Virus record (IMG/VR): IMGVR_UViG_3300027884_000001
DNA from: an uncultured virus (IMG/VR IMGVR_UViG_3300027884_000001)
Lineage: Duplodnaviria > Heunggongvirae > Uroviricota > Caudoviricetes
Direction: 5' to 3' (one strand)
DNA length: 64,000 bases
The notes beneath the pieces were generated by a model, which did no database searches, was not told the DNA's origin, and saw nothing but the letters and a program-made list of their open reading frames with translations. The position numbers and the translations under genes are program-made. Shown one piece after another: positions 40,019 through 49,978 of this stretch. Each line of letters begins with the position of its first letter. Within the stretch, counting starts at the first letter, position 1.

Positions 40019-42150
40019 GCTTGCCGCCTCCACAGGAAGGCGCGACGCCGCAAGGTGTTCTCGATCTCCTGCGCGTAACGATTGCCCGCTTCGTCGACGT
40101 CTGTTCGAAGATAGACGCGAGCGCCGAGAGGGACACGCTCGGCGAACGCTTTGGTCCATGACCCGCTGACGATGCCAAACGTAGCGCCATGAGCATCGTT
40201 GGTTACGCTTGCGCGCGACAAGAAGTCAGGTTCACCCTCAACGATACCGATGCGGTACGGCTTGATCTCGCCACGCAGCATCGCGCGTCCGAACGCGTCG
40301 GCCATGACCATCTCGCCCGCCTTGTGCCCGAACGGTGGCTTGCGTTTCGCGCCATCGCCGTCGACGACGCGCCACGCGCGCACCGACCGCATCTCACCGG
40401 TCGCGTCGTACATCCCGACCAGCAACCGGTAGCCGACCTCGCGCCACGTGCCGCCGGTCGCGTACGCCCACCGCGGCAACGCGCCCGACGGCGAAATCGC
40501 GCGCGCGAGATCGCGCGAGTCGATGACGTCCGGATCGAGCGAGCGGCCTCGCAGATAGGCGGCCACAATCGGATCGTCGTACGTCGGCACGCACGACGCC
40601 CACAGCGCGTCGACCTCGTCCTTCGGCGGCCACGCGCGCGGCGGCTCTTCGACCGGTGGCGGCAACGGCGCCGGAGCCGGCGCTGGATGATCGTCGCGCG
40701 GACCGCGCCCTTCGAGCTTGTCGACGAGCTGCCACATGCCGGCCAGGCGCGCGCCCTCGACGAGCACACGCTTGAAGTCGGTGTCGATCTTCAGACCGCG
40801 CACGGCGGCGATGAGCGACAGCACATCGCCCGTCGCTTCGCAGTTGTGCACCGTGAGCGTCGGCGTAGAGAATGTTCCGTCGGACGTTGTGACGTCTACC
40901 ACCTGTTGCTCGCGTTCTTCGGGCGTGACATTGACCAGCTTCGAGCAGAGGGCCCATCTGCCATCGGCCAGACGCACGACAGCCTCGCTCTTGCGCAGCT
41001 GATGTCTAGGTATCCAGCTAGCCCGCGTAGCGCTCTCCACTTGCTCCATCGAGCCAGCCGCGAAGTTGATGCCGTAGATCGGCAACTTGTCTTGCGGGTA
41101 CGATGGTGACCAACGTCTCGGGAACGCGTGACACCGCGCAGCTATCACGAAAGCTGCGTCTACGAGATGGCTGGACGTGACGCTGATGACGTTTCTGGCG
41201 CGACTACCGTCACCGTCTCGTAGGCCAAGAAGCCAGAAAGCTGCTGCTCGCACAGGACCAAGCAACAACTGCGCCGGACACCGCTTGTTTTCCGTTCCAG
41301 AGCCGCAATGCTCCGCGAAGACGTCGGCCGCAACCGCGCTGGAGATGCGAATCTCGGCGCTGTTCTCACGGTCCGGCCACGTCCGTACCGACGCTGTTGC
41401 TCCGAACATGTCGGCCACGCGTCGAAGTCTAGGAAGAAACTTCTCAACCTCGTCGATGTGGATGGAGAACGTAACGCAGCGACCGCCGGCACTTCCTTCC
41501 GCGGCGTACAGTCCAAACGCCCACGCCAGATCCGCTTCGTGACCGTCGACCTCTTGTAGTTCTTTTCTGGCCAGCGGGGACGTTCGACCATGATGCAGAC
41601 GGATTCTCCAGCTGGACACGGTTTGCTCGGGGATACAGAACGGCAACCAGTCCGAAGGCTGTAGCTCGTCGGCGTCGCGCTCCAACAGCTTGCCTGTCCA
41701 GCGCTGTCGCGCCAACGAGTGCGGTGTCACTGGCGCGTCCGTAACGAGCATCCGATGGTTTCCGGTCACGAACACGCCCCGCGTGTCCGACACTGTCTGC
41801 ACACGGAGTACGCGTTCGCGACGGGCTCGATACGTCTTCATGACGACGCTCGTGCCACTCGATCCGAACACCCTATCGCCTTCGACGAGATCTCCGAGTC
41901 GCCGAAACCCTAGCGGAGTCAGAACGCTCGTGGCGACCGGCAAGCACCCCCAACACTTCCAGAGGATCACGCCGCCCTTGTTCTGCACCGAGCAGCTCGG
42001 GCTGCCGTCTTCGTGCACGGGGCAGCGGATCATCCATCCGCCGGCCTGACGCGCTCGCGCCTTGCCCTGACCCATGATGCCGAGCGCCTCGAGCACGCGA
42101 GTCGGATCGCTGAGAGCGCGCTTGATCTCGGCGACGTCCTGGTCAGCCAC
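40015..42150 (-). CDS. DNA primase (CHC2 zinc finger + TOPRIM), intein-interrupted
   Basis: 'CPVHED..PS...WKCWG|C..GD' zinc finger; TOPRIM 'IVEGEPD...TDVDEAG'. Confidence 0.88.
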   Translation of the reverse strand: MADQDVAEIKRALSDPTRVLEALGIMGQGKARARQAGGWMIRCPVHEDGSPSCSVQNKGGVILWKCWGCLPVATSVLTPLGFRRLGDLVEGDRVFGSSGTSVVMKTYRARRERVLRVQTVSDTRGVFVTGNHRMLVTDAPVTPHSLARQRWTGKLLERDADELQPSDWLPFCIPEQTVSSWRIRLHHGRTSPLARKELQEVDGHEADLAWAFGLYAAEGSAGGRCVTFSIHIDEVEKFLPRLRRVADMFGATASVRTWPDRENSAEIRISSAVAADVFAEHCGSGTENKRCPAQLLLGPVRAAAFWLLGLRDGDGSRARNVISVTSSHLVDAAFVIAARCHAFPRRWSPSYPQDKLPIYGINFAAGSMEQVESATRASWIPRHQLRKSEAVVRLADGRWALCSKLVNVTPEEREQQVVDVTTSDGTFSTPTLTVHNCEATGDVLSLIAAVRGLKIDTDFKRVLVEGARLAGMWQLVDKLEGRGPRDDHPAPAPAPLPPPVEEPPRAWPPKDEVDALWASCVPTYDDPIVAAYLRGRSLDPDVIDSRDLARAISPSGALPRWAYATGGTWREVGYRLLVGMYDATGEMRSVRAWRVVDGDGAKRKPPFGHKAGEMVMADAFGRAMLRGEIKPYRIGIVEGEPDFLSRASVTNDAHGATFGIVSGSWTKAFAERVPLGARVYLRTDVDEAGNRYAQEIENTLRRRAFLWRRQA
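40843..41946 (-). mobile_element. Intein (368 aa) with LAGLIDADG homing endonuclease
   Basis: Block A 'CLPVATSVLT', block B 'VTGNHRM', endonuclease motifs 'FGLYAAEGS' and 'LGLRDGDGS', terminal 'VVDVT...VHN|C'. Confidence 0.93.
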
Positions 42151-43072
42151 GAGGCACCGTTTTGCCGCCGACGACCTTGTTCTTGTACAGAACGCCGTTC
42201 GACTTTTTGGCGGTGCCTCCGCCCTCGTTCAGCCACTTGCCGAGACCACGCGGCTGGTGGGCCATCCAGAACTTGGGTTCGCCTTTGGTCGCGCTGATGA
42301 ACGCTGTGACGACAGATTCGATCCACTGCTCGATCTTCGTCTTGTCAACGCAGTGCACGCCGATGACGTCGTTCAAGTCGTGAAGCTGCTTCTTGTCGAA
42401 CGACCACGCCCGACCAAGAGCTGCGGTCGCCGCTTGCTGGTAGTGCTCGATCCAGAAGGGACCGTTGAGGCTGATGTTCCATGCCGGAAGCGATTGCATC
42501 GGCTTTTGGACACCGTTCGAACCTGCGTCTGCGGGAGGCACAGAGAGCACAGGAGGTTCAGATGGTTCAGTACGGCTAGGCACAGCACAGAGTGACTGAT
42601 CGTTACCAGGCGTGACGGTACCGTTCTGTTTCGTGTCGCTACCATCACGCTGCGTGTCTGTTGCATCACGTGCCGTGTCGTCACCGTCACGTTTCGTGAC
42701 GATCAAGCCCTTTTCCTCGGCCAAAGCCTTGTCTCGAGCTTTTGCTCGCGACTCCCGAGCCCGCTGCGCGTCGCTCGCTTTCGCTTCCTGGGCGTCAAGA
42801 AAGTTCGGCATCACGAGTACGCCGCGAACGATCTTGAGCGTTCCTCGGTTGAGCCAATGCGTGAGCCCGATCTGGACAACATCCAGAGGTAGCTCGACCA
42901 TGATCGCCAGCGCTTCGACACCATCGTCGCCGAGATCCATCAAACCGACACGGTCGAGCTTACGAAGCACGAGCGGAAGAAGCGCACGCGCTTGCCATGG
43001 ACCGACACGCCAACCAACCGTGTCGCGAATGAAGAGCCGCACGTAGCGCTCCTCGCCGTAGTTCATTCCCAT
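42143..43072 (-). CDS. Putative phage replication initiator (replisome-organiser-like)
   Basis: Directly upstream of primase and helicase; wHTH-like N-terminus, repeat-containing linker, helical C-terminus. Confidence 0.6.
   Translation of the reverse strand: MGMNYGEERYVRLFIRDTVGWRVGPWQARALLPLVLRKLDRVGLMDLGDDGVEALAIMVELPLDVVQIGLTHWLNRGTLKIVRGVLVMPNFLDAQEAKASDAQRARESRAKARDKALAEEKGLIVTKRDGDDTARDATDTQRDGSDTKQNGTVTPGNDQSLCAVPSRTEPSEPPVLSVPPADAGSNGVQKPMQSLPAWNISLNGPFWIEHYQQAATAALGRAWSFDKKQLHDLNDVIGVHCVDKTKIEQWIESVVTAFISATKGEPKFWMAHQPRGLGKWLNEGGGTAKKSNGVLYKNKVVGGKTVPRG
42611..42700. repeat. Four imperfect 21-bp tandem repeats, iteron-like
   Basis: CGTG(A/T)C units start at 42611, 42632, 42653, 42674 and 42695. 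Confidence 0.6.
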
Positions 43073-44006
43073 CTCAGAACTCCGACTCGGGCAGGGGTGG
43101 CGCGATCAGGTCCACGACGTCGGTGCGCTTCGGTCTTTTCATGGACGCGTACCTCCCGCCGGGACCGTGACGGGCGCCGGCTGTTTCGCTGCCTCGAGTC
43201 TTGCTTCGTCCAGGCGCAGCAGCTCGTACTTGAGCCAGATCGTGAAGAAGACGACACCGCCGCCGTCCTGGTCGATCTCACAGCGGTCGAGGCACTCGAC
43301 GATGTGTCCGACGGTCCGGAGGTGCTTTCGCACACGCGCGTCCGCGAGGTACACGACGTCCGCCATCTTGCCGTCGACCTCGTTGCGCGTGTCGTCTGCC
43401 ACCCCTGCCTCCGTCCGCGTGAAAGCACGGACGATCGATCTAACCGGCCACACGAAGGACGCCTGAAAGTCCTTCCCATGCCCGCGAGAGGCCGAAGAAG
43501 CCTTCCCTCGCGTGGCCGCTTAGATCGTTGTCCGTAGCGTCGTCTACCGTTGCGCCTACCGATCGAGTGTTCGCACGTCTTTCAGGTCGCGCGCGCACTC
43601 AAGGGGCAGGGGAGCCACTCAAGCACAGCTGTGTTCTGATTTGCAACTAACCAAAAAACATTTCTCGTTCTGCCAGCTGTCTCGCTGGCTTATCGCTTCG
43701 GCCCTTCACTGGTTTCGCGCTTCGCCCACGCGCGGGCGCCTTTTTCGGTCCAGAACACGAGCCCGCTTCCCATCGATCCCTTGTCTTTGACGCGCGTGTC
43801 GTGCGCGACGGTCAGACCGTCGATGCGCGTCAAGATCTTGAACGGACCGACGACGTTGTCGTTGGGCTCGCGCAGAATGTTGCCGCCGACGGGCGTGCGT
43901 ACCGAGCACGCAGCTTTGTTCGCTACAGCCAGCTCGCTGGCTGTTAGAGGAACGTTCTCGTCGCGGCCTGCTGGGGCGGCGCGAGGCTCGGACTTCTTGC
44001 GCGGGC

Positions 44007-44558
44007 TCACTTGTCGAACTGCTTCCATGCGCGCGACGCGACCGGACCGCGCGACGTGTCGCCCTTGTAGTTGCCGTCGTAGAGCTGCGGCGGCACGCCG
44101 TCGATGGTGTGGAAGCGCATCTGCGCGATGCGCATGCCGGCATAGATGCGGATGGGGTACGTGCTGGTAACTTCGAGCGTGTAGTTCCCGAAAAATCCAG
44201 GATCTCCATACCCGGCCGTGCTGTGAACCTGCAGGAACAGCCGACCGATCGAGCTTTTGCCGTCGATCACGGGCACGAACTTCTTCGTGCCGATCCGCTC
44301 GGCGGTGTGCATCAGGTAGCCGACGCCGGGACGCAGCACGATCCCTTCCGGCTGGATGTAGATCTTCGTGGTGGTCGGCTCGTTCCTGACGTCGTGCACG
44401 CTGTGCGGACCGAGAAAGTTGTAGGTCAAGGCTTCGTTGCCGAGCCGCAGATCGTAGCTCGCCGGGTTGAGCTGCTTCGGGTCGTACGGCTCGATCTCGA
44501 TGTCGCCGTCGACGACCGCGTCGTGAATCGATCGTCCGCTCAGGATGCCGCCGGTCAC
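44007..44558 (-). CDS. dcd: dCTP deaminase
   Basis: 'QLNPASYDLRLG', 'DGKSSIGRL', 'TAGYGDPGF.G..TLE', 'GMRIAQ'; GTG start at 44558. Confidence 0.92.
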   Translation of the reverse strand: MTGGILSGRSIHDAVVDGDIEIEPYDPKQLNPASYDLRLGNEALTYNFLGPHSVHDVRNEPTTTKIYIQPEGIVLRPGVGYLMHTAERIGTKKFVPVIDGKSSIGRLFLQVHSTAGYGDPGFFGNYTLEVTSTYPIRIYAGMRIAQMRFHTIDGVPPQLYDGNYKGDTSRGPVASRAWKQFDK

Positions 44559-44946
44559 TTGAGCACCCCGTGACCCGCGAGGCTCAGGCATGTGTTGCAG
44601 TACGTCAGGTCCGTCGGCGGGATCGCGCTCGTGCGCGTCGCCACCGTGCACTCGCGGCCGCAGAGGGTCGAGAGCTTCTTGACGGTCTTGATGTTGCGCT
44701 CCTTGTCGCAACGCACCAGGCACGGCCGCGTGTCCTCGGTGACGCTGCCGTCGTCCTCGACGACGTCGAAGTACACGACGCGCAGCGGCGGTCCGCCGAG
44801 CACGACCCTCGTGAGATCGACGGGCGCAAGCGCCTCGTCGTCGAACAACTTGCCCGTGCGGTCGGCGGCTTCGGTCATCGTGATGCAAACGACAGCTAAC
44901 AAGAACGATTGACGGACGCAAGCGCTCGCGCTACCCGTACCCCTCG

Positions 44947-45126
44947 ATGCCGCGAACCAAACAGACTCTGTGTTCGATCTACTTCTACGAAGCCAAGGAC
45001 TTGGCTCGGGTCAAGCAAGCTGCCGAGCTTCGTAAGACCAGGCCGAGCGTGTTCATGAGGGACGCCGTACTTGCCGAGGCGGAGCGCGTCATCGCTCGAC
45101 AGAAGCGCCGCGCGAAGGCGGCGTGA
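44947..45126 (+). CDS. Small ribbon-helix-helix regulator at the strand switch
   Basis: My translation: MPRTKQTLCSIYFYEAKDLARVKQAAELRKTRPSVFMRDAVLAEAERVIARQKRRAKAA (59 aa, below the ORF-track cutoff). Confidence 0.65.
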   Translation: MPRTKQTLCSIYFYEAKDLARVKQAAELRKTRPSVFMRDAVLAEAERVIARQKRRAKAA

Positions 45127-45863
45127 ACCGCGCCGCGCTGCTCGCGGCGGTCCGTGACGTCATCGAGGTCCTCGACCGACACGCGGAACGTGAGGGTGAG
45201 GTCCGCACGATGCTCGAAGGTGATGAGGTCACCGAGATGCGTCGCGTGCTTGCCGAGGCCGAGGAGATCCACAAGGTGCTCGACTGCTTCGATAGCGAGT
45301 CGACGTTGAATGCGGCCAAGCGACGGATGAAGCTCATCGACTCGTACGCCGAGGAGCTACGCAATCAAAACGGCAAGCTCTGCAAGCTACTCAAGCTCCT
45401 GGGTCTCGCGGATCGTGGATCAGACCAGGAGGTGTTCGACACCGTGAGGGATCTGCAGGTCACGTTGTCGATCGGTCCGAGCGAAACGGCGCTCGATGCC
45501 GCGAAGCGACTGCGGCAACAGGCCGACAAGGTCCATGAGCTACACGCGCAAACGGTCGATCTGAAGAAAGAGCTTCGCGACATCCTTACGGACTCGCAGA
45601 TCCCTCTGGCTGGGCTGAAGAAAGAGCTTTGCGACATCGCAGAGCTGATCGGCGCCCAGCCAGACGACGTCGTCGGCGCCGTCGAGCGTCTTCGCGACCG
45701 CGCCGTGAAGCTCGCGCACGACGTCGACACGCATGACAGGTACGACGCCGAGATCGCCGGCATCCTCGGCGACAACGACGGCCCCGCTCTCGGGGCGGCG
45801 AGAAACGCGGCGGCAACGATCAAGGAGCTGCTAAGGCGGCTGGAGCAAAAAAATGCCCCCTGA
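45123..45863 (+). CDS. Coiled-coil protein with internal repeats
   Basis: Repeated '(E/G)(S/T/P).L.AA(K/R)' units. Confidence 0.55.
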   Translation: MNRAALLAAVRDVIEVLDRHAEREGEVRTMLEGDEVTEMRRVLAEAEEIHKVLDCFDSESTLNAAKRRMKLIDSYAEELRNQNGKLCKLLKLLGLADRGSDQEVFDTVRDLQVTLSIGPSETALDAAKRLRQQADKVHELHAQTVDLKKELRDILTDSQIPLAGLKKELCDIAELIGAQPDDVVGAVERLRDRAVKLAHDVDTHDRYDAEIAGILGDNDGPALGAARNAAATIKELLRRLEQKNAP

Positions 45864-46152
45864 TCCGAAGACGGATGCGCAGCAAGCGCTGTCGAAGTCG
45901 AAGTCGCGGTGTCCCGTCGGTCTCTACATGCACCGAAAGGGCGGGGCGTACATCGTCTTCGCGCACAGTCTGAAGGAAGACACGCTCGACCCGCTGGTCC
46001 ACTACTGGTCGATCGAGAGACGAACGGTCTGGACGCGCACGATCGCGGACTTCATCGAGGTGGTCGAGGAGCGTCCGCGTTTTATGCGCGTGCGCGACGT
46101 ATCGACGTTCGACATCCTGGACGTGGTTCGGGAGCTGGTGAGGAACTCGTGA
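45853..46152 (+). CDS. DUF1653-like protein
   Basis: 'GLY.H.KGG.Y.V.......T....V.Y......W.R....F.E......RF'. Confidence 0.7.
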   Translation: MPPDPKTDAQQALSKSKSRCPVGLYMHRKGGAYIVFAHSLKEDTLDPLVHYWSIERRTVWTRTIADFIEVVEERPRFMRVRDVSTFDILDVVRELVRNS

Positions 46153-47951
46153 GCGATCCGCGCGAAGAGATCTGGGGCAAGGCGTTCTACTCGTACCTGG
46201 CGGCGCGCCTGCATCCGACAGAGGCCCGGATGAAGGCGGACGAGGCGCTCGAGGAGTACGAGAGTCGCTGGCCAGCCGCTGTCGCCGCCCCCGTCGTTGT
46301 CGCCGGGCTCGACGGCGCCATGCTCCAGCGCGCCATCACGCAGCTCAACGCCGATGGTCGCTGGGACGCGAAGCTCGTGCTGTCCTCCTTGTTCGAGGCC
46401 ATCATGGACGCGCAGGTGCGCGGCGACAAGCTCTCGAAGTGGACGCCGCCGCCGCGTGGCGGAGGCTGACGTGCGCTGGCTTCTCTACTACCTGGCCGTC
46501 GGTGCCGGCTGGCTCGCTGTCAGCATGTACGCGCGACCCGCGAGCGATCGTGTTCGGGAGAAGATTTCCGAGGAAATGCGGACGCTGCCACCGTTGCTTC
46601 GAGCGGCCAGACTGCTTGGGCTCTTGCTGGGCGGTCTGATCTGGCCGCTGTGGCTCTTGCTTATGATCTCGCCGCGTCTCTTTCCGCGCTTCCAAGGCAG
46701 CGTCAACAACGCGTTCCGTCGAGAGTTTCTCGATCGCGACGGGCTGCTGACGCCGCAGATGCCAGCGGCGCGCTGCCCAACGTGTCGAGGCGCGATGAGT
46801 CGCCTACAGAAGCCGTGCGTCAAGTGCAAGGTCGACTGGGATCTGGACCACTGCGACACGTGCTGCAACAACGAAACGTGTCTCGTCCACCGCGACTGGA
46901 CGTGCCCAAACTGTCAGCCGAACTTCGATCGCTACCGCCCGTGTCCTTGGTGCGGCACAACGGGAGGGCTCGTGCACGTACGCGACGCGGGTGGATCGAA
47001 CAAGGTGGATCTAGGTCATTCGCAACCGTGGTGCGATGGCTGGCAGAGGATGGCCGCGTCCGGCGACCGGGAGAAGTTCTTCGCTGACGCTCTCGTCCGA
47101 GGCGAGATCAGGCCGTACGTGGAGCCGCCGCAACCCATCTGCGAGACGCACCGCAAGTTGCTGTCGACGATGCGCGGCAAGTGCGAGCACTGCGACAAGC
47201 CGCAAGAGAGGCTCTACTGCAAGGACTGCAACGAAGTCGTGGTGCCGATGGTCTGCATCGACTGCATCGACAAAACGGAGACGCATCCATCATGAAGTGC
47301 TCGATCTGCCACGGAGAGCTTCCCGATCCCAAAGGTGTCTACCCAGGACGCCTGCCGGGACCGATCGGTCTGGTCGAGTTCAGTCCAGGCAAGTGCTTGT
47401 CGACGCCGCTGCAGCGAGCGGAAGCGACGGCGCGTAGAGCGGAGGCGGCCGCGAAGGCTGCGCAGGACCGGACGTGAACGCCTTCAAGTGCGCCAGCTGT
47501 TTTGCCGAGCCCGACGATCGCGATCTCGAGCGCATCCACGACGATCTGTTTGTGAAGCACCCGCGCGGCATTCAGCCAGCTGGCTGGTTGTGTCCAAGGT
47601 GCGCCCCGGAACTGGAGCAGGCTTGCAGCGGCCTGTTCTACGACGTCGTCAAGGTCGTCGGAAGCTCGCCGGAGCACGAGTACGGGAGCGAGACATGAAG
47701 CCGTCGGTCGGACGCTGGGTGCATCACACGGACGCAGACGGGGTCGTGCGCGCCGCGCTCATCGTGGTGTGCGCGATGAAAGATGGCTACGCGGTCGGTG
47801 TGGACGAGCAAGACTTCGACGTCACGCTCGAGGTGCACGGGTTGCGCGATCACGAATCGAACGTCTACATCGTCGAGCAGGCGCAGTACTCACCAGCGAG
47901 GTCGGGACACGTTACGGCACGTGGGTGCTGGACGTGGCCAGCGAGAGAGTC

Positions 47952-48356
47952 GTGACCGACGTCCTCATCGCCCTCGTCGGAACCCGTCGCCGCATTCCCG
48001 CTGTCATCTCGGACATCACCGCGACAATGGAAGCGCTCGACCGCGATACCATCATCGTCACGGGTGACGCTCCCGGCGTCGACGCGCACGTGCGGCGCGA
48101 GTGCAAGCGACTCGGTTTCCGTTTCATCGAGTGCCACGTGCGCCAGATCGACGGCGAGTGGGCGGGTCGCTGGGCGGGTCCCGAGCGCAACGAGATCATC
48201 TCGCGTCTGGCGCAGCGAGCCATCGCTTGGCCGGCGTCGTCGCGCGACACGCCCGAAGCTCGGAAACTGAGCGCCGGCACGTGGGACTGCGTCGAGAAGT
48301 TCGAGGCTCGTGGCAAGCCGGTGGATGCGCGAAAGGATGCTTGGACACCATCATGA
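47952..48356 (+). CDS. SLOG-family (DUF2493/YspA-like) protein
   Basis: 'LVGTR...IVTGDAPGVD...W...AGPERN...IAWP...SAGT'. Confidence 0.7.
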   Translation: MTDVLIALVGTRRRIPAVISDITATMEALDRDTIIVTGDAPGVDAHVRRECKRLGFRFIECHVRQIDGEWAGRWAGPERNEIISRLAQRAIAWPASSRDTPEARKLSAGTWDCVEKFEARGKPVDARKDAWTPS

Positions 48357-49007
48357 CGACCGTCAACAAGATCATCTCCCTGTCTCTGGCGCAGTACCGG
48401 CTGCTCGGGCGCGCGCTGCGTGGCGAGCGTCTGCCACGGCATCGCTACAGAACGCACCACCCGACCGTACTTTCGCTCGTACGTAAGTCGTGTCTCGTTT
48501 CCGGCGGGGAGCACTGGGTCCCGACGCCGCTCGGCAAGGAGATCCACGCCTGCCGCGGCGTCCTGCGCCCTGGCCACCGCGTCTGGGACGCGGCCACGAA
48601 GGAAGAGCGCGACGCACAGATCCGTGTGCAGCGCACCAGCTACGCGTCGGAGAAGGATCAGGCCATCGTGGCGCGGCTGCAGGAGAGGCAGCGCGCAGCA
48701 GGAGAGATCGAATGAGGTTCCGAGTCAGCTGCAGCATCGTCGTCGACGGCGATCGATGGTGGGACGCTCGCACGGTCGGCCTGATGCACTTCGGCTGCGA
48801 GGTCGCCGAGCTGGACTTTCAGCAGACCGCGGACGCTCCTGACGTGGAGACGCGCTGGGTGGGAAGCGATGCGACGGACTCGAACAGAGACGGACGTCGA
48901 CTGGAGTTTCGTCGGCCTGGCAATGAGTGGCGACCGATCGAACAGTACAATGACGAACGGCTCGCGACGGCGGAAGCGGCGAAGGTGGCTGCACAGCGGG
49001 CGAAGCC

Positions 49008-49589
49008 ATGAGCTGGATGCGGACGGCGCTCACGTGGGTCACGAGCAAGATGGCGCCGCCGCGCGTCATCTACGATCGTGCGGGCGGATCGCCGTACTTG
49101 TCGCGGTGGTATTTGTACGGGTCACCGAAGGCGAGCGATGGCAAGCCCGTCTTCAACTGGGACGGCAACCCAAGGTCCGGCATCACGTGGACGGACCGGA
49201 CCGGACCGCTCGCCATCTACCTGCATCGCTTCCATCGCGGAGATGATGATCTCGATCTTCATTCGCACCCGTGGCTCTGGAGCGTCTCTCTCATCCTGGC
49301 CGGTGGCTACAGAGAGGAGAGGCGCGCGTTTCACGGAAAGTGGGGTGACATGGGGACGGTCTGGCACGTCGCGGAGCGCGTGCTGCGTCCCGGCATGTTC
49401 AACGTCATCCGCGGCGACGACTTCCACCGCGTCGACCTGCTCGAGGAAGACGCGTGGTCGCTCTTCTTCGCCGGGCCACGCGTGTCGAGCTGGTCGTTCT
49501 GGGACCGCTGGACAGGCGAGACGACGCCGTGGAGAGAATTCATCGCGCGCAAGCGCGGCGAGGACATCAACAACATCAAGGAGACGTGA
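49008..49589 (+). CDS. Cupin-like phage protein
   Basis: 'YL.RW...YLHRF...D...LHSHPW...SLIL.GGY.E...FHRV'. Confidence 0.65.
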   Translation: MSWMRTALTWVTSKMAPPRVIYDRAGGSPYLSRWYLYGSPKASDGKPVFNWDGNPRSGITWTDRTGPLAIYLHRFHRGDDDLDLHSHPWLWSVSLILAGGYREERRAFHGKWGDMGTVWHVAERVLRPGMFNVIRGDDFHRVDLLEEDAWSLFFAGPRVSSWSFWDRWTGETTPWREFIARKRGEDINNIKET

Positions 49590-49594
49590 CCACC

Positions 49595-49978
49595 ATGTTC
49601 GTAGCAAACGACAGCCAGAGCAGCAGCGTCATCTCGGTCAAGAAACAGGAGCTGGTCGACGCGATCAGTAAAAACTACAAGGAGCACCGTTCGATCTTCG
49701 AGCAGGCGCAGAAAGGTTACCGTGAGGCCGTCATCGCGGAGCTGGACAAGATGCTCGCCGACGCGCGCGCCGGGCGTGAGGTTCCGAAGGTCATCATGCT
49801 CGAGGCGCCGCAGGACCACGGCCGCGACTATGAGCGCACGCTCAAGATGCTTGTCATGTGCACCACGGACGTCGTGTTCGTCGACGAGGAAGAGTTCTCT
49901 CGATACGTGATGGATGACTGGAGCTGGAAGCGCGCCTGGGTCGCGAACGCGTCGAGCTACACGGGGCAGCGCCGGTGA
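49595..49978 (+). CDS. Conserved hypothetical phage protein
   Basis: 'P.DH..DYER.LKML...EF.RYVMDDW.WK'. Confidence 0.55.
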   Translation: MFVANDSQSSSVISVKKQELVDAISKNYKEHRSIFEQAQKGYREAVIAELDKMLADARAGREVPKVIMLEAPQDHGRDYERTLKMLVMCTTDVVFVDEEEFSRYVMDDWSWKRAWVANASSYTGQRR

